NCBI GenBank assembly: GCA_003427395.1
Contig: BFEA01000001.1
Location: 12,710,062-12,774,061 of the forward strand
From: Chara braunii
Lineage: Eukaryota; Plantae; Charophyceae
Reading direction: 5' to 3'
Length of the DNA stretch: 64,000 nucleotides
Both the position numbers and the translations under genes were made by a program. This document shows, piece after piece, positions 50,401 through 64,000 of the stretch. Position 1 is the stretch's first letter, and each line of letters starts with the position of its first letter. The notes below the pieces were generated by a model that saw nothing but the letters and a program-made list of their open reading frames with translations, was not told the DNA's origin and made no database searches.

Positions 50401-53400
50401 CTTAGACGTGAGAGGGTCTGATTAGACCGCGATTCCGTGTATTAAGGTGATAGCAAAAGAGGGGTACCCCAAAATCCTAAAAGAGATCCAAAGAGTAGGA
50501 AGTTACTAGGAACAACAAAAACTCAGGACTTCAAAACATTGTTTGGGTATAGAAGTTGGTACGTCATATATGTGATATTCAGGGAATTCCAAAATTACCT
50601 GGTCTCCTTATTGCATGCACGTAAGTCAAGCTAATTTACATGAGAAAGAGAGAGAGAGGAAGAGAGAGGAGCCCAGCATATCAACAAGCAGAGGAGCGCA
50701 CATTGCTACATCAGCGAGCAGAAAGAAGCACACATTGACGTGAGCTTTAATTGCAATATCCTCGTGAAGTTTTTTTCGCCACGTCTCGCAGATGATCGTC
50801 CGTTGTCCAAGAGTGCCTTGTTGTCTTCTAGATGGCATCATCTGAATCTAGCTCGTCGGCTCGTTAATGCTCCGCTCGATTGTAATCAACGAGGAGGGGA
50901 GAGGGAGGGGGTCGGGGTCATTTTGGTGGAAGCGGGGGAGAGTAATCGGAGGCTTCATCACCGAGATCAACGAAATGGACAATCCAGTGAGCGCGGGGGA
51001 ATCGATGATTGGGTCGGGGGATGGAAGCGACGTATTCAGCGTAGAGGGTAGGGATTGTGCGCCGTATGTATCGCTCAAGGACTCATAATCTTCCACTGCC
51101 ATGAAGGTCCCAGAGATTATGCAATACAACTCCATATAGTTGTATTGCCTCCATGCAACATTGAAGAGAAGGATGTTGAGAGGAAAAGAGGGAGCGACAT
51201 AGGGGCCGACTTCGCAGAGCAAGTGGACAGCACAATGACGATAGAAAAACTGGTTAGCAAAGATGCGGTAATCGAGGGGAAAGTCGATGCAGGGGAGCGA
51301 AGAGAAGGAGAGGTAATCAAGAGGGCGGAGGAAGACGGGACGTCGACGGAGCATTCGTGCGGGGAGGAGGAAGGGAACGTAATGCGGAGGGGGCGGAAGA
51401 GGAAGGAGATAGTGAGTGAGACCGGTGGCGACGACAGGAGGATTTTAGGCCATCGTGGTGACTAGCCGCTTTTTCAGGTAGCTCAGGATTCGGCGCGGAA
51501 TCTGCTGGTATGGCGAGGAGCGAGCTTGTTGGCTGCACTACTTTGTGTTCTGCCGATGATGGCTCGTTCTCCTCGTCCTCAGTTTCTGCTCCTTCTTCGC
51601 CATCGTCCTCTTCGGTTGTGGACTCGGCTTCTGCTTCCTCTTCTTCTTCTTACTCTTGCAGACGTGGGAGCGCTATTGGTTCGTGATCGTCATCAGACAA
51701 CACCTCCCCGATATCGAGCTGTCAAGAAATCTTCCAAATCGGAGTTGTCGGGGGAGATTTTGTCCAAGTCCAGAAAGTTCCACTCGGTTGGGTTGTGCTG
51801 GGCCAAGAAGTGTCCAACCGACTTCAACGTCCTTTGTGCAGGTACTTCAGATGACCGTTGGTGTCAACGTCCTCTACAAGGTCAATGGCTACGTCTGGTT
51901 CGAATCAGTAGGACTAAAGGAGATTGTGCTCAAAGTCATATCGTCGACGATTTGCGCTAAGAAGACTAGGATTTCGTTGACAACGGTCGCTCTTCTTCAA
52001 TGTGCCACCTCGCCAAAGAGGAGTCCCACCGGAAGTCCAGTTGTATTCGACGCCAAACTTGGGATGGAAGCAGAGTAATCTCATCCGGGAAGATCACCTT
52101 CCGATTTTCGTAATGGTGCGCCCAATGAGCCTTCACCAAGAGCAGACAGAAGCTTGTGGCCACAAATCCAACCCAATCACGAATATACCGAGGACGAAAG
52201 AGAGCAATGGCTATTTACCAGATTTCAAGAGAGTGTAGAGGGTCGGCCCAAGATGGGCAGAGAGTTGGAAGATTAGAGGGGAGACGGAAGGTAGAAAGGT
52301 GATTCATCTGCAAGGAGGGTGGAAAGGACGAAGAGCGGGAAGAAGTGGGGCCGGCGGATCAGAGGTACAAGATCGCAGCGAGAAAGTGTCGATACACTCC
52401 GTACCCACCACCTTATCGCCTGCCCTGACCAGTCGCTGCCGTCAATCAGTCACCATTTCACATCCCCACTCGTAGAGACTCCCTATCCCGCTGCTGCGCC
52501 GCTGGGTGCCGATGCTGCAGAGATCGCCGTTGGACACGACAATCACTGTCACGTCACCTTGCCCTCGCCAAGAAAAATGCAAAGAACACTGATGCTTCCA
52601 CCATGATCACCGTTGAATCATGATCCATCGAGATCGTCACTTCCACTGCTGCATGCCTAGTATTTGCCTACTTGCCGACTAAATAGCTCCGCGAATCGCA
52701 ATAGATCAGGGCTGAGTCGCGGATGAACCACTTGGCGGAACTGCAGGGACGATCGAGGTTGAAGAAGTTGAGCAGAGATGGCTAGTTCAAGTGCCAAGCT
52801 CATGGCGGTGGCTGTGAGCAGAGGGTATCAGATGAGGAAGAGGAAGGAATAGCAAGATCTCTATCTCGAGTATAGAGAGACAAGGAAGAAGGAGCGAGAG
52901 GATCAGGGGCCGGAAGAGGACGAAGATAAGAGATATGTCAGACGATAGGAAGGGAGTTATGGCTAGCGCCCGTTTCCGGAGCGATCCACACCATATCCGC
53001 CCCGTTAGGACCAAGTTCCACTAAGCGAAAGCAACCAGAAAACTTAGGAGTGAGTTTCTCATCGCGTGCACATTTACATAGTTGTACTAGGTCCTCGAAT
53101 TTATACCGGATTTGAGGGCCCACATTCCTGTTTCGTGCATCATAACTGCAGACATGTCTACCGTAGGTGCAGTGAGCCTCTATCTGCTCTGGCTTAAGCC
53201 AGGGCCTATTGGGCTATCAGCCCATTCGGCATGTGGGACCAAGTCGTGGCCTGACCCCACAGGCTGTGTGCTGTTCCAGTCCAGTTTAGTCCTACCCGGT
53301 ACCACTGTCGGCCAGACCAGTCCAGTCTAGTCCAGTCAATCCGCTGGGGGTATACCCCAATTGTTGTCTATTTTCGAGGGATTCTTCATTCTGCATATTT

Positions 53401-55194
53401 TGGAGTACGTGCGTGTTGAGTCCGCGTCGGATTTGCGTTATCCCTTTCAGCTCCATCTCCATCTCCTCCACCCTCAACCCTTCGTCGTCATCCCGACGGA
53501 TTGCCATCCTGGCAGGTCTGGTACACTGATATTAGAGCGGGAACGTTCCCCGCTCCCACCTACACAGCCCGGAACATGGTGTAAGCCCGATAGTGGGTTT
53601 TTGCCTGTTTTTTTGCCGTTTTCGGACGAAAATAGTGTGAAAAAGTGGACAAACGTGCAGCGACAAGGGAGCAATCGGTGGCGAGGAAAGAGAGAGTGTC
53701 GTCACCACGCGTGAGCGGAAGCGCCAAGGCCAAAACCGCCACACACGCACACGCCCCGCCCCGCTCCCAAATTATATTTATTCAAGATCAGGGATGCATG
53801 CTGCTGCCAAGGTCTGAACCTGGGCATCTACCAGCCATACGTGTGCGTAGCCAACACCTTAACACACTGGCCAAACTCTGTGTATCTCCCCACAGTGTGT
53901 CGCGCTGGTGTTGAAGAGTGGAAGAGTGTCACGCCGGCTATTTACCCCCCCCCCGTTCAACGAGCGGCGAGCGGCGAGCGGCGAGCAACGACCATCACGA
54001 CAGCGGCAGGTGGGCTGCTATTTGCCCCCCACCCCACCCCACCCCACCCCACCCCACCCCACCCCACCCCATTGTCGTGCCTGTTGATGCCTGTGCTTGT
54101 GGCCATATGCAGTGCCACGTGGCTGCTAGCTGAGGAATTTGAAGACCCCCTGGCTAGGGGGCTGCACTACAGGCAAATATGGGTGGCTGATCAAGATCTC
54201 AACACACCCAGATGATGATGATGATGATTATGATTTTTTGTACCGCTGCACCAGTAGTTTGACAGTGGTGAAGACCCCCCCTGGCTAGGGGGCTGCGCGT
54301 TAGTGCAATCAGGGTGGTTGATCAAGATCTCAGCCAACCCTTGATTATATCTTTTTTTTTTTTTTTTTTTTTGAAGGTGAAGATCCTGGGGATCTTGGTG
54401 ATCTTGTTGCTCTTGGTCAACCAAGAGCCTGATATCATCTCTCTCTGCTAACCTTCTCTCCCACCCCCCCCTCTCTCTCTCCCTTACAGCACCTCATCAC
54501 CTTTTCTACCTCTAGCAGTACTCCCCCCCCTCTCTCACACCTCTCTTCACTCATCTTCCACCATTTTTTTCTTCTCTCCCTTCCCCACTCACCATATTCT
54601 ACTAATCTCTTCTACTCCTCACTTTTTTCATCCTTTTCTCTCTCATTCTCCCACCCTACTCTCCCCTTTCCCTCCCCCAACTACAACCCAATCATCCCCC
54701 AACCTCCCACTCCATTTTTTTCTCTTCCTCGCCTATTTTTCTCTTTGTCCATCACTTTTCTCATTCCCCCTCATCCCCAACTTCAAAATTTTCTGTTTTT
54801 TTTTCCTCTTTTGTTTTTTTCTTTGATTTAAATTTTCAATTTTCTCAAAAAGAAAATCCAGTATCTTATCCCCCTACTTCTTTCTCATTTTCTGATTTAT
54901 TTCATTTTTATTTATTCTAAAAATTTGGATTTTTTTTGCGGCACCTCTATACCTGTTTTGACCCCGTGGGAGTAACGAAGTGCTGCCAAAATTTTCTCTT
55001 TTCTCCCTACTTTCTCTCATCTTGTCTCATATCTTTTGCTGGCACAGTTTGACCTCATGTGGGTAACGAAATGCTGCCGAATTTTTTTAAAAATCCAATA
55101 CTTACACCACCTTATTTATTTATTTATCTATTATTTATTATTTATTAATTTATTTATTAATTTATTTATTACTTTTTCTGAAAATTATCATTTG

Positions 55195-55473
55195 CTAGGC
55201 TACGAGAGTGGTCCGGGGTCACTTGCCCAGCCGGGCCAAAAAAAATTAAAATTTTAAAAATAAAACAAAAACCTTAAAATTTTATTTTATATTTTAAATT
55301 TTGTAAATAACTTTGATGTGACCCTGGGGCAAAAGTTGCTGAGTTTATTCTTTTGCATAACATAGTTGTTTTTCGGATTTTTTGGATTTTTTTTTTTTTT
55401 TTTTGCTGGGACCTTCCCTTGTCCTTGCACAGGCTGGCCACCCAGGATCCGGGCGGCCCGATTGGTAGCCAAG
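55195..55473. mobile_element. hAT-like MITE
   Basis: TIR CTAGGCTAC (imperfect); 8-bp TSD ATCATTTG. Confidence 0.8.
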
Positions 55474-55677
55474 ATCATTTGTGACATTTACAACTTAGTG
55501 TGTTTCTCTTGGTCTCCATTTCCTCTTGGCGCATTTTTAACCCCATGGGGGGTAGGGAAATGCTGTCGAAAATTCCAAAACAATAATTATTTTTTCGCTC
55601 TTCATATTTTGCTTATTTATTTTTTTAATTATTTTTATTATTATTAATTTTTCTAATTTCCAAATTTCACTGTTCAT

Positions 55678-55945
55678 CTAGGCTACCAGCCGGGCCGCCC
55701 GGGTCCCCGGTGGCCAGCCCGTGCAAGGACCAGAGAAGGCCCAAAAAAAAAAAATAAAAAAATCCCAAGAACAACTATGTTATGCAGAAAAATAAACTGA
55801 ACAACTTTTGCCTCAGGGTCATATCGAAATTCTTCACCAAATTTAGAATACAAAATAAAATTTAAAAATATTTATTTTATTTTTATTATTTTAATTTTTT
55901 TTGGCCCGGCTGGGCAAGTGACCCCGGGCCGCTCTGGTAGCCTAG
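55678..55945. mobile_element. hAT-like MITE (same family, opposite orientation)
   Basis: TIR CTAGGCTACCAG / CTGGTAGCCTAG; 8-bp TSD CTGTTCAT. Confidence 0.85.
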
Positions 55946-56829
55946 CTGTTCATTTATTTTTTCTTTCCATCTCCCCTCCATGGTTGCTATTTTCTTTTCT
56001 TGATTAGGTCGCCGCTACCCTATGCTAACCACCCAAACTCCGGTTAGGGTTTTCTTAGGGTTTAGGGTTCTCCTAACCCCCCTCCTCTTTCGCCTCCCCC
56101 CGTTGGGCACCATGGATCCGAACGGCTCCTCCCCCCTCGACTGGATTCTCGCCACCCTCTCATGCACAACCTGCTAGTCATGGGGCGAGCCGATTCACAA
56201 CTACCCACTCCACTCCCGCGGCCCCCTCCTTGTCACCTGTGGTCCCTTATCCCCACGCCACAACCCATCTCTTTCCCCACCTCTTTCTCCGCCTCCCGCC
56301 AGGTCTACCCCCATACCTGTGTAGCATCGTGTTCGGGCTCGGTGGCCAAACCTGAACGCTCGGTACCGAGCCCGAACGTGGCCCAAAATTGACCGAGCCC
56401 GAACATTTTTATTTTTTTATTTAAAAAAAAAACAATTAATATATATAAGGGTTGGGAGGGCCTCAGAGGCATTGCTCATCGCTCCTTAACGTATACACAC
56501 ACATACACACACACACTACACACACGCTTACACACACACACACACACGATGCCTTTCTCCACACGTACGCACAAGTCACAGATAGACGCATCAATCATCA
56601 GACAATTTTTTAATCTTAGTTTAATTAGAACAAAAAATTTGGCCTGCAACCACGCGGACCTTATAATCATCAATGAGAAGAGAGATCACGCACACCTTAG
56701 GTCTGCACGCCCACACACTCTCTACTCTAGTCAACCATTAAGTCAATGTAAACAACATACACTGTCGCGCCCCGTGCGGTATACGTTAACTTTAAACCAA
56801 ACTTATTTTTAATCGTTTGCAAAAAAACA

Positions 56830-59800
56830 GGGCGGGTACCCTTGTAAGGGTATTCGCACTGACAGCGTCTTTGGCAGACTGGTGGGAAGGAGGGTCTAGA
56901 GTTCTGTCTAATCTCCTTAACGTATTCTCTCGCATTCTGGCTCAGGATAGAAATTAAAAAAAAAGAAAATGTTGGAGAAAAGTGCAGGAGGCGGAAGAAA
57001 GGATGACGGAACATCTAATATCCGAGTTGACATGGGGAAAGGAGAGAACGGAAATATTAGCAGAATGGGATAGTCTCCAAGAAGTGAAGGCGGATCAATG
57101 GGCTGAGAGGTTGAAGGTAAGAGGAATAGAAGTATATGACAAAATGTCGAAGGAATCCTTTCAGAAACTAGTCCCAACCAGAGCAACGCGCTCGATGAAG
57201 GACCTTAAATATTCCTTCGAACCAGTTGAGCCGGTAGTGGTCGGCCCAAAAAAATGTGTAACTACGCGGTCCTATATTACAGAGATATATTGACCTCCAG
57301 GAGGCCGGACGAGGGAGCAGACACAAATCTAGCGATCAACTGTGATCACTAGGTAAACACAAAGGTAAGACTATCTAACCCAAGCTCGGTTGGACCTGGA
57401 TAGACCAGTTACACACGAGGAAGTCTGGCAGACCCTTAAGACGATGACGAATGGGAAGACTCTCGGGAATGATGGGCTCCCGGTATAGTTCTAGAAATCG
57501 TCCTGGGATGTATTAGGGGAAGATTTTGTCTGAATCTATAACGAAATTATACTCGAAGGGAAACTCTGACCACGGCGACCAGTGCATGTATTTCAATCTT
57601 ATTTAAGAAAGGAGATCTGAACAAAATAAGAAATTGGTGCTTGATTTCGTTGTTAAACGTTTCGTACAAAATTTTGGCAAAGGTCCTAGCAAGTAGATTG
57701 GGGAGACACCTACCTCAGCTAGTTCAAGACGACCAGGCAACATTCGTCAGGGGAAGGTCGATCTACGGAAACATTGTTATGGCTATTGAAATTCTAGAAG
57801 TAGTAGATCAGGAAAAATTGGACATCGTTGTTACAGTACTGATGCTGGATATGGAAAAGGAGCACGACCGAGTAAATTAGTCGTACATCTTAACAACATG
57901 ATTGAGATGGATAGCGTTTGGGGATCTATTCCGTAACTGGGTTGTCACACTGTACTCATTTTCCACGACATCAGTGATGGTTAACGGGTATATTTCCCAC
58001 ACATTCCAATGAACCCGCTCGCTTCGACAGCGGTGCCCTCTAGCCCCGCCGCTCTTTGTGGTTCACCTGGAAGTTCCCCTAAATAACATCATAGCACAGG
58101 CTCAAATAAAAGGGTTAGCTTTATACCAACACATCTGCAAGGTTAAAGCCTTAGCAGACGATTTATTTGTCCTCTCAGAGAACACGAAGGAATCAATGTC
58201 AGCACTTTGATACTGCTTAAAGCAGTACGAAATGCTCTCGGAGGCGGCAATGAATTGGTCAACGTCTGCCTATTTTCTGCCAAGTGAGTTCTTACTAGCG
58301 GTGGAGTGTGGTATGAAACGTTTGCAGGGAATGATTCGGAACGCTTCCTGGGGGTTCATGTAGCCATGTCCTCATGCGCCTCTCGACAAGAGGAAATCAT
58401 TCAGAGTAGAGTCCTACAAAGAATGTCCATGTGGGGCCATGGTCCGCATCTCTCGTTGTTAGGACGGGCACTGGTAGTTAACGTTGCATTATTCGCGCTC
58501 CTATGGTATGTTGGGAATGTTAGGCTAATCGGTAAGAAATCTCAGGCAATCGTGAAACGAAGAGCCACTAGGTTTATTTGGCGGCCTTACGCAGAGGACC
58601 AGAGGGTGATGCCGAAAATAGCTCGGGATCTGATCTGCACACCCAAACTAGAAGGAGGCTTAGGCCTAGTGCGGGCCATCTGTACTGAAGGACACAAACA
58701 CTAGATGCTGCTAGGAGAACAGATTCTGAGTAGGGAATGGAACTTGCTACGCCCACGGACGTGTGGGCATGCGTATGGATAGACTCATACCTGAGAAGGA
58801 AGATCGCCTCCGAATTCTGGACGGCCGTCCTACTGGCATGGAAGAAGGGGAAGCCAGACACAGTCAATCATCCGAACTCAAAGGAAGAAGTCTTATCCCA
58901 GATCATCTTTGAAAAACCCCTCCTCAGGAGGCGTGATGGTAGGCTTTTCATGGCGGACACGGCTCCTGGGAGTTTTGGGAGGGCATGGGTAGATAGAGGA
59001 GTAGTATGTATAAAAGATCTGTGGAACGACCTCCAAGGGAGATGGAGTTCGGCAGAGGAAATGTCTCGGAGACTCAAGCACTGCAGATACTTGGAAGACC
59101 ACCTGTGGGAAATAAGGGAAGCTCTGCCAGAGAAATGGCTATGGCTAATGCGTCCTGAGGGATACAATCCCCCGGGAACATGGTATGAAATGATAACCCA
59201 GGAAGGAGAAAGGAAGTTTCTGAAGCTTACGGAGCTGCAGTCAGAAGGCAGAAGGACGTTTCAGCAGTAGGAACAGGCCACAGCAGGAGCAGACCTTCAG
59301 CAATGCGAGGAGGAGGAAGCCATTACAGTGTCGACGGGCCCCATCATGGAAATCAGAGTCCGGGAACAGGTAGATGAGGAGGGAACATGGAAAGTTACAT
59401 TGTGGAATAAGGGCATGCCAATAGCAGCAATGAAAGCGGACCCAGACCAATGGGCATGGAGAGGTAGAGGCAAACAAGGGTGAGATCTTCCTTTGGACGA
59501 GTTCTCCCTAAAACTGGCCTGCGAGATCCGGACTCCAGTGCAAACCCCGCTGGCAGTGGCCACGGAAAGATGGTCCCAGATAGAACCAGAGAAGTCAGAA
59601 GAGATCAGTCGGGCTCTGCAAAGATGTTGGGAGCAGCTAGCCAACCCGCCACACCCAAGGGCAGCAGCTATCCTATGGTTGGCGTCACTGCTGGCGACAC
59701 CATCGGCAGTATGGCTACTCAGCAGAGGTATGGACCTGGACACTCAGTGCAAACGATGTCTCTGGATGTTCGAATCAACGATACACCTCTGGTGCGACTG

Positions 59801-60747
59801 CCCCGCCTCGAGGCGGATCTGGAACTGGTGGGCGGCATACTGGAAGGAGCTGACAGGGGAGGTACTGACTTGGGATAAAGATTGGGTTCTACTGGGTGGC
59901 GTCCCAGATCATTTGCAGCTTCAAAAAGGGTGGGGCTACATAGCTCAGGCAATCAGAGCAGTGGTTTTTTGAAAAATCTGGGCAGAAAGGAATCGGGCTC
60001 AGTTTCTCCGGAAAATCATGCCGGACCCGGAAATTAAAGCAACGCTCAAAGCAACAATTCATAGGATAATAGTATCGGGCTGGAGGAGGAAAGCTTCATG
60101 GGGGAAGGATAGGGGGGCAGGGTGGAGATGGTTTCAGGAGACATGGGCAAGAGAAGGAAAGCTAGCTACAATAGGGAGTAAAGAAGTGCAGTTCTCGGAG
60201 TGGTTGACTAGCTAGACGTACAGCAGGGCACTCGGTAAGAATCCGCAGTAGGAGGCAGAAGGGTGGTGGGATCAGAGAGTGCCACCATTCACAAGGAGTT
60301 GAATTTGGCTGCAGCTGCCGTATAGGCAGCCTGAGAGAAAAGAGAGGGGGTATAAGTGAGGGATAGATAGATCGCTACTAGGGTGAGGATGAAACTGGGG
60401 ACTAGAGGGATTAGAGTAGTAGGGAGTTAGTAGGTTTGCTGCAGCGACTGGTTGGTTTGCCTGGATTGTCTGTCGTAATAAACAATTCGTTTGCATGTTT
60501 AGTTCTATTCCCCCCCTTTTTTTGAGACTGTTTGGTTTGCCTGTTATGATTGCAGTTTTCAACCGTTATTTACTTTGCTGCTTTTGATGACTTGTTGGGA
60601 TTAATTCCCACTGAACCTAAGGCAGGTAATGGTCCTGGTAGTCCAGTCTGAGTCGCTCCGGGTTGTTTGTGAGGAATTCCCGGCCTCGTTTGGTTATTTG
60701 TAATGGAAATCCTTGCTTTTTCCCAAAAAAAAATAAAAATAAATAAA
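56830..60747 (+). mobile_element. 5'-truncated, decayed L1/Tx1-like LINE
   Basis: RT motifs ISLLNVSYKILAKVLASRL, LDMEKEHDRV, LRQRCPLAP, LADD, ERFLG, EGGLGL; zf-RVT CKRC..ESTIHLWCDC; 3' UTR and A tail. Confidence 0.93.
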
Positions 60748-61365
60748 GGCCCTTCCACGCCAAAACTTTTCCGGCCACCGGTCAGTGGGGTCCAAGCCTT
60801 TGTCTTTCCAAAAAAAAACATAAAATTGCGTCACACATCGTAGAATACTTCGCTAGTGGGTCCAGGCCCCTGGCCCCCGCAAAGAAAGAGCCGAAAAATG
60901 TGTTCATTCAATAAGTGCTGCAATCAAAACAAATTACTAAACTCACAGAAAAGTGTCGGAGAATTACACGCCCCACCCCGTCAGACCGGCATCAACAGCC
61001 ATAGGGGGTCACACGTGAACAAAGGGTTGTCTGTTCACACTTTATCCCGTGGCTAGTAGGACCATGCCCCTGGGCGGGGGAGGGGGAGGGGGGAGGGGGG
61101 AGGGGGGAGGGGGGAGGGGCACGCACACGTGCAAAATATTTTCACCCCACTTGTACAATTTGTAATTCTGATCTCAATCGACCCAAAATTCGGCAAAAGA
61201 ATCAGGGACGTTGCTTATCAGGTTCGCATCAGGAATAAAAAATTAAAAATGTAAACAAACATGGTCTGAGCCATGACAATCTATTCGCGGCCAACCGAAC
61301 ACATTTTCCGATCCAAGTTGGTGTCAACCAGGCTGGAGTGGGGTTTCACGCTGGGAAGACCCTGC

Positions 61366-61500
61366 ACATTGTCTTTTACTGTTTGTAAGTTCAGGCTCGG
61401 CTGGACCGTGACATTGCCTTTTACTGTTTGTAAGTTTAGGCCCGACTGGACTGGTGATATTGCCTTTTTCTGTTTGTAAGTTTAGGCTCGGATGGACTGG
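61366..61500. repeat. ~45-bp tandem repeat x3
   Basis: ATTGYCTTTTWCTGTTTGTAAGTTYAGGCYCGRMTGGAC units. Confidence 0.8.
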
Positions 61501-62734
61501 TGTTTAAACCACCAGTACCAACCGACTGCATTTCCAATTCAAGCTGGTGTCCCAGCCCCCAGGTCTTCAGAAACCATCTACGTCTCTTCCTGCCCGGCTT
61601 TTTCTTTCGCACTTTCCGAGCCCAGTCCACCAAAACCGTTGTACGCAACTGATGGCGAATTTCCAACTGCATCTGTTGTGGTGTGACGAACTATCTTCTG
61701 TAACCGCACGACTTTCTGTGCAAGGCTACTTCGGGGGTTGATCGAGAGGGGCCATCGAATTGCATAAGTGCCCTCGCTTTTTCGGAATTGAGGCCGGGAT
61801 GGTCCTACGACGGTTGATAGTTGATTGCGCCTTAGCGAGCGCGAAGGATAACTGTTGCCATAGCTTCTTTCTTTTTCTGCTGTGGGAAATGGGAATTTTG
61901 GCGCGATCATCGAACGGGAAAATCTTTTTGAATTTTCAACTGATGTCGAGCCCCCGCGGGCTCTCGGAATTTCCTTGTTCCAATTAGGATTTAGGCTACG
62001 AATTTGGGTACATCACAATTTTGTTGCACGACGCTTCTTGCTTGCGCACACTTTCTCGCGTCAGGATCTGTGCTCCGACTTTTCCGCGCCTTAATCTTGT
62101 GTGTAACTGTAATTCTTGTTTTGGCGAGTGTGATTGTAACTGTAATCCTCTCTTTCTTGATATTTTTTTGTGGCGCCCCTGCGCGCGCATACTTCGCCCT
62201 CTGTCCTATTAGCCTGAACGATTGCATGATCGGATCGATGTGTGGAGTGTGGCTACGTCCCCCACGCCGCGGCCTGACCATGCAGTCGTAGTCACTTCCT
62301 TCCTCATTCTTCTCTCCCTCTCAGGCACAATGCCGGGTATCTCGCGCAAATGCACAGGCTATAAATTTTGCGGGGGCGATTAACTCGCTCTCTATGAATT
62401 TTGGAGTTAGTGCGGTCGAGAGGATCGGCTAACGAGCAAGAGTCGGAAGGTGAGTAGAGAGTTGGGCGATCCGATGGGCTGGTGCTGGACGTGCGGGTTT
62501 GACGTGTGGTCGCGATGGACTGTGACACACGGGCGAACCTGACTTGCATGTTCAGGCTAAGCGGGGTGACAACTTTGTGTGGGTGCGTGGCGACGGACCN
62601 NNNNNNNNNNNNNNNNNNNNNNNNNNNNNNNNNNNNNNNNNNNNNNNNNNNNNNNNNNNNNNNNNNNNNNNNNNNNNNNNNNNNNNNNNNNNNNNNNNNN
62701 NNNNNNNNNNNNNNNNNNNNNNNNNNNNNNNNNN

Positions 62735-62785
<51 letters not shown>

Positions 62786-64000
62786 GGAGACGAGATGTGT
62801 TGTAAGGGTATTTCTCTTCTATCCTTCTTAGTAATTTTGATATCTGGCGCAAGTCGCCCTTGCTTTTCGGATCGACATCTCGGATTTTTCCTTTGTTTCT
62901 TCCCTGAGGATTGGTGTGTGATTATTGCCCCCGCTTCCCCGCCCCGCTCTTCTGTATGAATTGGCAATCTGATTGGTTGGTCACCTACGATCGAATTTTC
63001 TATGATCCCTGGCCAGTGGCCGAAGAATTGATGCACGAGTGATTGTCAACTCCTTTTTGTTTGTGTATGTTCGAAGATGGATGCATGAATGTTTGGTGCT
63101 TTTCTGTCTGAGTATGAACTAGATGAGCATGCTAGATGATTAGATATCTGTCTCACGATAGGATCGCCCACCTGCGGGTTAACGGGCCGAGTTCGAACAG
63201 GTTGTGAGTTGCTGAACCTTTATCCACCTGGCCGACGGACAAGTCTTGTGCACGCACGTGTAAGCCCGCCCGAAGAAGGTCGTTACTTACACGCGTGTCT
63301 GCAAGATCTGTACTCAGTCCAAATCCCCGAATGTCCGAATTTCCGCCCCACCCTGCAGTATGAATATCGAAATCCCCTTTCGTATTACTGACCGCGAGTG
63401 CTTGGGTGATAGTGAATTCCAGGAGCATTGGGAATGCGCGTGTTTGTCTACACGATCAAGGGCGGAATTTCCGGAATTTCCCTACTTAACAGGGAACGAA
63501 CGTATTTGCGAGTGGGATACTGATCAAGCCTTGGGACGTATCCCCCATCTCCTCGGCTGCCCTAGCTCATACACGTGTCACATCGTCGTGGAACCCAGAA
63601 TCATTATCCTCGAAACCAAATTCCCTCCCTGCCACCGCATCATGCCCTTTCACTCCCTGACCGTCGTCCCCTGGGCGAGCACTCGCTCCCTACTGGCCCC
63701 AACCCCCGTGCTCGGGGTCCTTGCAAGACCACGATTATCGAGCATCTGGCTTCATCCGACGAACTCGCTCGGAGGAAGAACGACGGGGGCACATCCTTTG
63801 GTTGAGGCCGGCCTCGTCGGATTCCGAGATGTGCGGTGTTCAACGTCCGCAGGTGACCAGTTAGCGAGATAGCCATAGCGTCCCGGCAGTACACCAGATA
63901 CGAGTCCGACCCAGACCATAAAACCAACGAAGGCGGTAGCTCCGCTGTCCGAAGTATAAGACAGGACTCCAACCCGCGCCTACCCTTTTGCATTCATGTC

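Noticed and set aside
56044-56068. Telomeric TTTAGGG-like repeats
   Set aside because: Only about three imperfect units and not adjacent to the PLE; at most a telo-box.
63150-64000. Possible LTR start
   Set aside because: No second LTR, PBS or recognisable domain within the window.

Overview
Repeat-saturated eukaryotic DNA with no intact host protein gene. The 5S rRNA type, plant-type U6, a mitochondrial nad1 fragment and the TE content suggest a streptophyte alga, probably Charales (inference). Main contents: (1) a ~10 kb minus-strand Penelope-like element with a decayed RT, no visible GIY-YIG nuclease, accessory ORFs, putative introns and a 3' minimal hammerhead ribozyme; (2) decayed L1/Tx1-like LINEs; (3) RT-less, polyA-tailed retroposons, several TSD-flanked, that share covarying 3' RNA hairpins and carry non-RT protein cargo, one behind a tRNA-derived head; (4) two unusual U6 retrocopies: a seamless U6-5S rRNA chimera in a 14-bp TSD, and a TSD-flanked U6 split by a 3.75-kb LINE holding three nested insertions; (5) tRNA-derived SINEs, MITEs of several superfamilies, a Gypsy remnant, a NUMT and simple repeats. 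About 42.4-54.4 kb could not be annotated, apart from one short retroposon.
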